Assembly (NCBI GenBank): GCA_052327205.1
Contig: CM126212.1
Location: 187,798,001-187,862,000 of the forward strand
Direction: 5' to 3'
DNA: 64,000 nucleotides
From: Somniosus microcephalus
Lineage: Eukaryota
Below, in pieces: positions 22,301-34,300 of the stretch. Under the pieces are notes generated by a model. That model searched no databases, had not been told where the DNA came from, and saw nothing but the letters and a program-made list of their open reading frames with translations. A program made the translations under genes and the position numbers. Position 1 is the stretch's first letter. Each line of letters begins with the position of its first letter.

Positions 22301-25300
22301 GGCTTTTGGGCCTTATTTAGTGCCCAAAAAATAGCGTGCGCCATCGAATTTCTAGGCCAGTGATCATACTTATTATTTTTATACAGCCCAGTGCACCCTG
22401 TATAGCTTAGTAATAAACTTTTCTGAGACATGGTATAGTTACTCCTGTTCCTCAAGAAGAAGTTAAAGTTGTCATTCGAAAATGTCTGGAGAAAGCTGCT
22501 CTAGTGAACTACACGTAACTCTCTGAAAATGCCAAAATCGAAGGTAAGTAGCAGAGAGTTTTCTTATGAATGCAGTTCACTAGATGAAACACATGGAGAC
22601 AGATTATTCAGCTACCTATCTTCTTTAATTCACTTTGTTTACATAAGCACCACATGGATGTGTAAGTATTGGAAGGTATTGAAATGCGTAATAAGTTACC
22701 GTTCTGTTAATCTACAGTAATAAGAAAGCTGAGGTTATCCTGTGAACTGCGCTTTTTGTGGTCAACAAAGTCAACCCAGATACATACTGACCATTTAAAA
22801 AACATTCTGTTGAAGAATAATTAATAAAATCTATCTTGCTGACAGGTACTGCTTTCCTTTTGGACGACCCGAGGGTGCATTAAAGGCTACACTGTCTCTC
22901 CTGGAGAGGGTGAGTAGTTCATATTTCACTGTGTGAAGTTCACATATCAGGAGTAACTTATGGTTAATGTGCCGTGCATGTTTAAAATATTATTATCCAA
23001 TATATCTAAAAATTCCTCCTAAATACCGCAGTTAGAAATTGCCAGGCCCAAATCTTTAGTGGAGACATTAATAGCTGTCCAGTCCAACTTTTTTTCTAGT
23101 GTCAGGAAAAGTCCTACGGGACAAGTCATAAAGAGTGAGGGGTACCATTATTTCCATTTCCCTAACTCAGGACATATATCTAATGCACTGCCATTTCTGT
23201 AATTGCAAAGGTGCTGATGAAGGATATAGTAACTCCTGTTCCTCAAGAAGAAGTTAAAGTTGTCATTCGGAAATGTCTGGAGAAAGCTGCTCTCGTGAAC
23301 TACACACGACTCTCTGAGTACGCCAAAATCGAAGGTAAGTAACAGAGAGTTTACTTAGGAATGCAGTTCACTAGATGAAACACTTGGAGGCAGATTATTA
23401 AGAAAACTCCATATGTAAACGAGCGTTGATTCAGAAATGTTGTATTTTTCAAGAATATATAGTCCTAAAAATAAAATCTGTATATTTTATAAGCAAATTA
23501 AAGACTTCTTAGTGACTTACAGTTACTAAATATTTAGTTGGAATTGTTTGCTTATTTTCAAAACAAGATTCAGGCTATGGTATTTGTACTGTTGGTGAGT
23601 TTAGTTTAGCTGTAAGGAAGTAAATATACATTAGCACTAAAGATTTATGAGCTGTGTATTCCAGATCTGACAGGTGAAGCAATGGACTGTATTGTTAATA
23701 GTGTCAGGTAATCATAGCAACCTAGATCTGAAACAGGTTTTTTTTAGTTGAAATATCTGGGAGCCAATGATAAATTTTAGAGTGCAGTGTTTCAATATAC
23801 ACAAACTCGAACCACAATAGCTCTAGAATTATAAATTACCAGCAGTAATGTGATTTGCCACAATCCAATAGTTTAGATTTGGAAATCTCGAAAGAAAGTG
23901 ACCCTCATTACCAGATACATTATGCAACAAAAACAGAAATCTCGAGAACAGTTTAAACATCATTTTACTATCACCTGCAGTTATGAAAAGAAGGTAAGCT
24001 TTTTCTGTATCATCACTGGAATTTGGGGAAATTTCTGAAGGACTGTAAGTTATATTGTGCTGCAAAGTGAGATAAGACAGAATGGTAACATTGGATCTAC
24101 TGTTACTTATAGCCATGTCCAAGATGGTCAGAAATATGTAAGATCATGTAATGGTGTTGCACTGTATTGGAGCATTAATGCACAGTGCCACAGAATGAAA
24201 GGATACAGCTTTGATTTCCCACACTTGCTCAGTTTCTGATGTCAGCCATGTTGCTGTCAGGTGGCACTAAGAGACAGGCACATCCTCACAAAGGGAGTGA
24301 AAATAGGACAGGGAGGCGTCCACAGGTCACAATCACACACCATGCTAGGAGCCACATCAGGCAACCTGCGACAGGATCACCCAGCCTCTCATCCAGTGTC
24401 GTTTCAGGGCCTGGATAGAGTAAAAGAAATGGAAAGGGAAGAGAAGTAAACACAAAGGGAGTGAATTTCTGTGGGCTCTCCCGCTTGTCCGCCATACTTT
24501 GGTGCAGGAGCTTCAGAAACCCCAGAATAACACCATTTACAGGAAACTTTCGATTTACCGGCACCTAAATAACCGGAAATCTCGGTTAACCGGCAAAATT
24601 CAGGAGTAGGTTCAGGTAACTTTTATTACTTGCCTTCCTCCATCTGTTGCTGTGCAAGGGTGTGGCTGCAGCTGTTGCTAAACTACAGAGACTCTTGCAA
24701 CTTGTGGCCATTGTTCTGAACCCAACAGGGTTTGTTGCTTTATACGGAGCTCTCAGCTCCGTATCTTTTACTATAGCTTTCGGTTATCTGGAATTTTTGA
24801 TGAACCGGCACCACGTCGGTCCCGTCCGTGCCGGATTAAAAAAAAGTTTCCTGTACATCGTTATTCCAGGATTTCTGCAGCTCTTCCACTGGAGCTATGC
24901 CAAACGAGCTGGAAAACTTCATGGAAATTAGCCCCATAACATTTAAAATAGAAAGTCCCCCTCAAAAGACAGATACAGGTAGACTATCCTTTATCCGCAA
25001 ACCTCGGGACCAGCCGAGTTTCGGATAAAGGAGAATTTCGGATTTCGGAAGGTGGGTCGGCGGGGGTCCGCGGGGGGTCGTGCGCACGACTTACGCTGAC
25101 GCTCAGCGTAAGTCAGTCGGGGTCGGCGGGGGTCGGGGTCCGCGGGGGGGTCGGCGGTTGTCGGGGCTGGCGGGGTCGGCGGTTGTCGGGGCCGGCGGAG
25201 TCCGCGGGGGGGTCGGCGGTTGTCGGGGCTGGCGGGGTCGGCGGTTGTCAGGGCCCGCGGGGGGGTCGGCGGTTGTCGGGGCTGGCGGGGTCGGCGGTTG

Positions 25301-28300
25301 TCGGGGTCGGCGGTTGTCGGGGCTGGCGGGGTCGGCAGTTGTCGGGGCCGGCGGGGTCCGCGGGGGGGTCGGCGGTTGTCGGGGCTGGCGGGGTCGGCGG
25401 TTGTCGGGGCCGGCGGGGTCCGCGGGGGGGTCGGCGGGGGGTCGTGCGCACGACTTACCCTTTATCCGAACTTCCGAAACCGGAACCCTCTAAAAACCAA
25501 AGGTTTTTTCGTTCATACGCACGACTTACGCTGAACGAAAAAACCTTCGGTTTTTAGAGGGTTTCGGTTTTCGGAAGTCCGGATAAAGGGTAGTCTACCT
25601 GTACCTAAAAGAGAGGTCTATCATCTAAAAATGGAAGGATTGTTTCCTGCTTTCTAATTCAAATCTGTCTAATAAGGAATATCTGTACGATGATAGGAAT
25701 ATCTGTACGATGATAGGAATATCTGTACGATGATAGTTTAGCAGAGTGTCTGTTGAAGTCAAGTTCATATTTGATTTGTTTATGATTGTTGTATTCACAG
25801 ATTTTTAACCTTCTATTCAACAGGATTTTGTGAATTCTTATACTGTTGATGTGAAGATGGGGAGAGTGCAATTTTTTTTACTTTCAAAGCAAGATATGAA
25901 AGTGGCATTTGATCTTGCTGACTATGGACCTTATATACTGATGTGTTTTCATTTTGGTTGACAAATGTTTTTAATGATTGACACGCATCAAATTGCTTTT
26001 AATGGTCGACCAGACTCTCCTCACCCCCTTGCTTACACCATTACAGGTCTACAGTTTGCACGGGTGAATCACTAGTTTCTTGTGTTTTGATATGAGTAAG
26101 ACATATCTGTTAGTTGAATAAACCTGACACATAGATAAGAATATAAACTATGGCATCTTTTAGTGTTAAGACTTTTAGAATGATTCATCAAATGACAACC
26201 AACCACAATTGTATCTTTATGGAAACTTCTAGTTTTTGAAGAGTAAAAGTGTGTGAACAGTTGCTGAAAGGTGTTAGTCTTGTATGTTTTGTAATGTAAC
26301 AGTATTTTTTATCTGGTCGTTATCACAATGCTAACAGTGTACTAAAGGTACAGGTTTCATTTAGTGAGAATAGTTAGGCAACAAATAGAGAAAATGTTTG
26401 AGTTAAGAATTGCGCACTAAAGGCATTTTGCAGCAACACTTTGAACAATAGGTGGAGAATTTGAAGTTTGTTATTTTGATGAGTTGAGGTTTAAAATTAT
26501 ATTTCTCATAGTTTTGTCAGTAATATAAAGTTGTGGAATGATGTAAATAAACTAACATCTTTTTATTGTTTGAAAATATTAGATTCTTACTTAGCTGGTG
26601 AGCTCTGCAGTTGACTGCAAGTTTAGACAGAGCTGAGTGCATTTCTAGTAAGCTTGAGCACATGATGGGTATGTGTAAGTAAAAATGCATTCAATTCCAG
26701 TGTAGATCCCATAGTGTTTGATTATTTCCCTTTTGTGCCTCAATTCTTTCTGGTTCCGTTAATGTACCCTCTTTTGCACTGTGACTTTTAGGTCTGGGAA
26801 TACTATGAAGCAACCAAATACTTTTTTTCCAGCTCTTTGTTCAGAGAAGTAATTCATTCCGCACTACCTGTTCTTTTCTGCTTCTCTCCTTTCTTGTTTT
26901 ATATTGACTTAGTCACTTTTTTATATTCCTAAAAAAGTGGCTGTAGAAGTGCCTAGTGACCAGCATGCAGGGATTGTGGTCTCAGCAACCCAGCATTCAC
27001 CAACTGCATGTACCAGGCTTCCTTACATGGGCATAGTCCATTCTGTGCATTATTGAAAATAGCTCAAATACACTGACTGAAATTTTAAAATAGACCAGTA
27101 CGTTCCCTTCTCAGTTGTTTCATTATTGATATGCAAGGATTTCATTCAAAGCTGAATTGGCTATAGTTGATATCCTTTTGAAAATATGGTTTACCATGTA
27201 GTCAATCAAAATCAAAAAGTAGTTTAATAGTACAGTGGCAGTGACCTAACTCTGGAAGTTTCAATCGGTTGGGAAAGTGCTTAAGACTGTGCCTATGAAG
27301 AAATACCTGAGAGTGGTGTAGATACTAAAAGCATCTGCATTTAGTATCTTGGAGCCTAAATCAACAAAATTCTGTTTTCCTTTATTCATTATGTTTTATC
27401 ATTAGCAGATTACAAAATCTGAAGAGATTTGTCAGAATCATGGTCACAGCTTCTTTTGTGACTCATGAGCATGCTGAATGGTTAAACCTGAATTATCTAC
27501 AAATTCAAATATCTTTTTCTGCTGTCCTATGAATATCCCAAACAACACCAAAGCTTTTTTTCTTTCTGACCTAATATAATTTTCCTCTGACCTATGATCT
27601 CTTTACTTCTGACCTAAGCTTCTTGCATGCCCAAATCCTCTTTTATAGGGAAAAAGAGAGAAATGTATGACCATCCTGTCTTCTGCTTGGCCTCTCAAGT
27701 GATGGATTTAACCATTCGTGAGTACTTACCACATCCTTTCCACACTGTCTCTCGCTCTTTCTGTTGACATGATTTTAAAGCCAGTCAAAGCCAGCCCCTG
27801 ACCAATCCCACTCTTGCACTTTTCGTCCCTCAGCCCCCTTGTCTGTTGCTTCTGTTTGTGATCACGAATGTTTGAATTCCAGCCAGTTGTTTTTGACCTA
27901 CGCCAGGTTTTTACACATGGCCCATTGTTTGTGATGAACTCAAAATATCTGTAAATTTTTAAGTTACTGTTATTGTCTGTGACTTGAATGCATTTTTACT
28001 TTGCTTCTGTGTATTCCTGAGTTGTAAGCACTTGTCACCGGTACACTATACAAAGCCAGGACTCGCATATGTAGCCAGTGTCACACAGCTGGCCGTGAGA
28101 AATGGGCTGTTTATTCACTGTGGATAAAGGCATTCTGTTAGATATGTGTGGATATTTTAACTTTAGTCTGTCTTGTCTGTGACTAATTAAACAAATGTAA
28201 TCATATACATACATGTTCTTTTTACATATCTTAACCTTTTCTCAATTTCAAGCTGCTGATGGATCATCCGATTTTTTACATTTTAGGATTCAGTGACTCG

Positions 28301-31300
28301 CTTCTATCTTGAGCTCATTGCTTGCCTTCATCTCAGAATGTTAATTGCTGACTGTCCATCTGTGTGGTGCACCACTGTTGCCCTTTGCGTGGAAGGCTTT
28401 TATAGTAACATCCATTCTTGTTGAGGGTAGTTGGAGGCATCGGGCAAACTCTTTGCAAGTCATTGGTGCCACACATCTAGGGTGTAGCTTTTGGTTCACT
28501 TGCTCATTAATCCTGCATATTTGTCTTGTTTTTCTCTCTTTCCCTCCTTGTTGCTCTCTCTTTCATATAGAGAATCAAAAGGATCCAGGTGAACTATTGT
28601 ATTCTACATCTTAATGTAGTAGGACAATATCATTAGATTATTTCTAACATTTGAAAGTAATTTTGAGCAGCCTAGCTCCTTCTGAGGTGCTCTTCAGCAG
28701 GCTCAATTAATATTTAATGAGTCTCTGGGGTAGAAACACTTAAGGAGTTAATTTGTGCTGTCTATAGATAGTATGGACTAGTATTAGCAGACAACTACTT
28801 TATAGCTTTAGAAATAAACATTCAGGAATTTCAATTAGTTTGCAAGTTACATCATCTTCAGGGTTTTCTTATGTAGGGAAAAATTGATGTATGCACATCA
28901 AATTATGTTTCAACAATCAAAACAGCTGTGGCAACTATAGCTATCTTTAATGTAGAATGTGACATTTTTCTAATAGTATTAAACATTCAGTAATTTTTGT
29001 TCCTAAATATTCCAGTCGCCACATGTTAAAACAAGCAATTTTATTACTGAGAGCAGCTCAAATATAAATTGCATACACAATTATATTTAACACATACAAA
29101 TAATAAATATGATATTACTTACAATGAAGAGTACTACGTATTTACTGTTTGCTTGTGAGTCACTTTAACTATCTTTAGTTCCATGATCACTGTGAACTAA
29201 CTATACACTGAAACATAGCTCTGGAGAGAGTGCAACTTGCAGTTTTATTTTTAATTTATTTTTCACCACTTAATGAATTTATGTGCACAAATCACAGCAT
29301 AGTTTTCTGTAAAATGTAATGTCTGACCTGTTCAAAAAGAGCAGTTATAATAAAGTTTTGTTTCAGTTATGTTTTATTTTACTGACATTAGTTTTTAAAG
29401 ATCTTTGCCTCTTCTCTGAATCATGGTAAGGTGTGTATGTATCATCTGAGCCAAGGAAATATTTCTTCCTATTGTGGATATAGTAAATTAAAATGCCAAA
29501 TGTACCTTTTTAAAGCAAAACAATCTGTATAGAGCCTACATCAGTGCATTACAGATTCATAGTAGAACCATGCAGTAATAGTGTACTTAATAGTTAGGCA
29601 AGAAACTTCTGGTAATATTAGATCTCACTTTAGGATAAGAATTAAGAAATTCCTTACATGAGGGCACTCAGTCAAAAGCATTTCAAATGCAATGTAATAT
29701 TAAAGCTACAATGACTAAGTAGTTATAGAGCACCATGCTTGTCGTTTCTTCTGGGGCTAGTACAGTTTCTATCATTTGTGGGCATTAATCAGGCCAATCA
29801 TTACCATGCATACTTGTGGAACTTCAGTTGTAAGTCTCTGATGTTGTTTGACCTACTCTTGAGAGATAAGCCCCAAAACTCCATGTACCCAGTGGCCCAA
29901 TCTCAGCGTAAGCCAGCCGGAAGTGCAGTGGAAGGGGTGGAAAATCAGTCAGGACCCAGATATGCTGATTCCCAGTCCAGGCTACTATTTTTCATTGGGG
30001 CCTGTTTGGTGCAGACCCTCAGATTTGGACTGAGCATATAGGTCAGCTCAGTGGCATAAGTAGGTCTCACCTGGGGATCCAGGCTTGGATCCCAGCAGAA
30101 GTAATCTTCTCAGCCCCCTTCTAAATGGGACCGATTAGGGCAGTCAAATGGCCAGTGACATTGGCAGGCTAAGAGCAGCTGGCCAGTGCCACTTTTCCCA
30201 GCCCCCACCCCCTCATTTTGCAGGTGTCCAAGACATGCCCGTATTAATGCGGGCACAGTGAAGTGACTTTCTCCTGACCCCAGATACTTCAGTGGGGTCA
30301 GGGGCAGAGGTCACCAGCCCCTGCTTTGACACACTTCTGGCGGCAGAGCATTATGTCAGAAACAGCACAAGTATGGCTGAGATCACACAACATAAATACT
30401 GCAAAATGTGAAGTGATAGAGGAAAGGATAGATGAAGATTCCTTTGACTTAAAATTCCTTTAAAATATATTTTTAATATGATATGCTGTCATTGTTAACT
30501 TGGCGTCACTATACCACGGGGATAAACATCTAATTTTGGTTACTGTGGTAAAAGATATAAGTAGAACTCTGTCAGGTCCAAGGAGCAAAAATACCAGCTG
30601 TTGTTATAAGTCCATAAACGTCTCTGTAGAGGTCAGAAATCAAGGAGATATCCTGGAACATTGATACCTGGATACATTAACAGTTCAAATCAACAACAGC
30701 AACAACTTGCATTTATAAGTGCCTTTAACGTAGTAAACTGTCCCAAGGTGCCGCACAGGAGCGTAATTGTAAAACTGTAGACAAAATACTTTTGGGCTAG
30801 TGTCAAAAATCCAGTAACTACCTCCATAACCTGGTTCATTCAATAACTGGGGTCATTCCCATTGTGATGACATTTCATACTATAAATGCCCACGTTATAT
30901 TGCATTGAGAATAGTTAACATACGGGTTTTCAATTAAATCAACTTAGTGACAGTGACTTAAAGTGAGCATGATCTTCTGGTCTGGAATTTCTATAGTGTA
31001 CACATAGACAGTGGTATTTATTTTAGATTTTCAATGTTTTCTAAAATGCCCTTTAATTTATATATCAGAATTTACTCTTGCAATCTCAATGAAGCTATAG
31101 TTAGTCCTTAACTTACCTACTCCAAACTTCGATACAGATCAGTAGAAATAAGATGAATATATAATTTGAGGTTTTGAAAATGCAGTCCCTATTATAAGAA
31201 AGCATTTGTAAACATTATTGGTGTTCTCCTGTTTCCTCAGAGGCTCAGATGTTATGTTACAATGATAGAGAATAAGGCAAGGGGTTTAACCTTGGTCTTA

Positions 31301-34300
31301 TTTCACAGTGCATGTGAACAATTAAATTTATCTCTAAAATATGTTAAATCAGGTATTTTGATGAATACATACTTTAAAACATTGAAGTAGTTGTTGTACA
31401 GGACACTTTATAAGCAGCTTTTATACTGAGATTATTTTACTTCTTGCAGTTACTTAATTGTAAAATTATTCACTCTACGTATATACCTAGAGAAGCAATC
31501 TTGTCTCTTGGAGAAAACTCCTAAAGTTTAGAATCTTAACACTAAAAATAATTTAAAAATACAATGTAATGTAATTTTATGGAGAGTATGTATATATCTT
31601 GGTATCTCAAATACAGTCCCCACTACTTATAACGTTCACACTTTTCACTGACAGCCGCCTTTAGCCATTGGTGCCTTCACTTGTCTCGGCCTTAAGCTCT
31701 GGAATTCCCTTCCTAAACCTTTCTGTTTCCCCACCTCTCTTTCCTTCTTTAAGACACTCCTTAAAACCTACCTCTTTGACCAAGCTTTGCGTCACCTGTC
31801 CCAATATCTCCTTCTTTGGCTCGGTATCAATTTTTGTTATGATACAAGGGAGATGAATCGTCTTCCAATAATCTACTGTTTAAAATAACCAGACAACACT
31901 ACGTTTCGTGTTAAATAAAGTCTGCAGGTCTTGCATCACATATTTAATATGTGGAGGTCCTATGTAATGAAATTAGTAATAACCTTTGTTTTACATCATG
32001 TAACACCGAAAAAATATTCAGATATTGATCATCGATATGGGTCTGACATTCCCCAATTTGTAGAAATGAGACATAAAGCATGTTGTCTGAACCCTTAACG
32101 GATTTACTAATGAAATTGTCAAGGTGTCACATTGCTTACTGGGGAATGTAAGAAATGCAAATTCATAATTGGCAATGAAAAAGCAAAAGCTAAAAATGAC
32201 ATTCGCAGTAAAGATCTTTTCATGCTTTGGAAGCAACTGTTGAGCCACTTGAGCACTAGAAATTTTGAAAAGTCAGAGAATGTGCGTGTGGAATGCAGAA
32301 TAGTGATGGAAAATAGTTCACTGATAGCACAAAGCTAATTTCAGCAAGGAGCTCCGCCACTTACACATAGAAAGAAGACAGAATTTATATGGCACTTTTC
32401 ACAACCTCAGATATTCTATGATTTTCACAATAAGTTAGATTTTTTGAGTGTGCGCCTGTAGCATGGTATCTATTTCATCCACAATCAGCAAGTTTGAAAA
32501 ATCTTGTGCATGTTGCCTGTGATTTTCCAATGACAACAGGTGAGGTGCCTAGACACAGGTGAGGACTAAGAACCTTGCTAATATGTTACATGACTGTGTT
32601 TAGAAACACTGATTGTGTAAAAGCGCATAATAGTGCAAGCAATGCCAATGAAGTACCCAAGTGGGTGTGTACTTATGTATTCATAATGCTCCATCTATTC
32701 CCCACAAATCAGCAGAACCCAGTCAACCACCAGAGGCAGCCATATACACACCTGAACACCAACAATCACCACCTCCATTTGAAGCAGACACCAGCATAGA
32801 TGCACATAGTGTTACAGATGTTGATACAGATGAGAAGGAAGATGAGGTGTTCAGCATTAGTGAGGAAGGAGTAGCAGTGGTAGTGATAGCCTCAACTTTG
32901 GATACAAAGGAAATCGGTGCGCTCCTCACAACTGGCATCAGAAACGATAATAGAGGTAGCTCAGAGGAGACTTTTAGTAGTGGAGAAGAGAGCCTGATAA
33001 ATCCACACTATCTTTGATGATAAAGGGGTGTAATGCATCTTAATTTTCTGGGACAGATTTTGGGGTGAAGTATATTCCTGTTAGGTTTCTGCTCTTGTTT
33101 TCCATCCACTAAAATTTTCAGTCCAGGTGGGGAGCCACTTCTTCCACCCACCCCTTCAGCTGCACACACATACAAATAAGACAGAAATAATGGGATGTTG
33201 TAAGACATCATAATTCCTGTCCGTTCCGCCCCCATTTCAATCGTGTAACTTGAACCAGATAAAAAAAATCTAGGGGTGACTTTCCATGGGAGTTATTCTG
33301 CTTGTTTGCTGTAACTTTGGCATTTACACCATTTTTCCAGGATTTCCAGGCCTTTTCTTCCAAAGAACAATGGATTAGTGGGAGAACCCCTGTACAACTT
33401 CACCCCTATAGTGGCTTGCCTGGTGGAATTGTCCCATTTAAAGCTACCTGCAGCCTGACAACGTTTGCCCACACCTTGGATTTACCTGCATATGTTCGGA
33501 ATTGTTTTGCTTTGGAGAGATAGTTGGATAGACTTGGAACTTACTCTGGTCACCTGCAATATTTTACCCCATGGGCAAGGGATAATATAGAGCAGTATGG
33601 GCTTCCCTATGGGATTTTTCCTGTATGCAATCTTGATCAAAGATGAGGAGAACAGAAGGAGCAAAGCTGAGTGAGGCAGCATCATAGAGGGATGAAGCTA
33701 ACCTGCTATTGTGTCCCACAATAAGTCTATAGGTCTCGGAGATCTAACTAAAGAATGAGTGAGGAGGTTTGCCGTTGCAGACTGAATCATTAAGCCCTGG
33801 ATGACCTGTTCCAGTTTCTGCACACTGACCTGCAGCCCAGATCAGCCACCTGAACAGCATTGTGAGCAGCTGTCAAAGTCAGTACAACTCGTCAACTTTT
33901 ACGCCACTGGCTCCTTCCAAGCTGCAAGCAGAGACCTCAGCACCGTGAGGCCTGCATTCACCAGGACACTGCTACCATATTCTGCACAGCTGAAGAATTC
34001 ATCCATTTTGGGATGACTTCTAGGCAGCAGCATGAGAGGGCCATGTAGTTGTATTATATTACTGGTTTTCGCAATGTTCAGATGGTAATGGAAGCTCCAC
34101 GGGCTTCTACATTGAGTTTTCTGAACAGCAAGGCATCCCAGTCTTTCAATGTTCAAATTATTTCTGACCAGCTGCAAAGAATTCTCCATGTCAATGCAAA
34201 ATTTGCAGGGAATTGCCACAATGCTTTTGTTTTTGCACCTTTGATTCCCTGCCTCTCCCAGGTTTTATGAGACAATTTTTCCTGGAACAAGACTCACAGC

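Noticed and set aside
25080-25557. Gly/Arg-rich ORFs in three frames
   Set aside because: Artefact of the GC-rich minisatellite inside a MITE.
25675-25736. CRISPR-like repeat
   Set aside because: Head-to-tail 20-bp tandem with no spacers, in a eukaryotic intron.
32661-33017. 118-aa acidic ORF
   Set aside because: No convincing splice sites or family motif; probably decayed transposon sequence.
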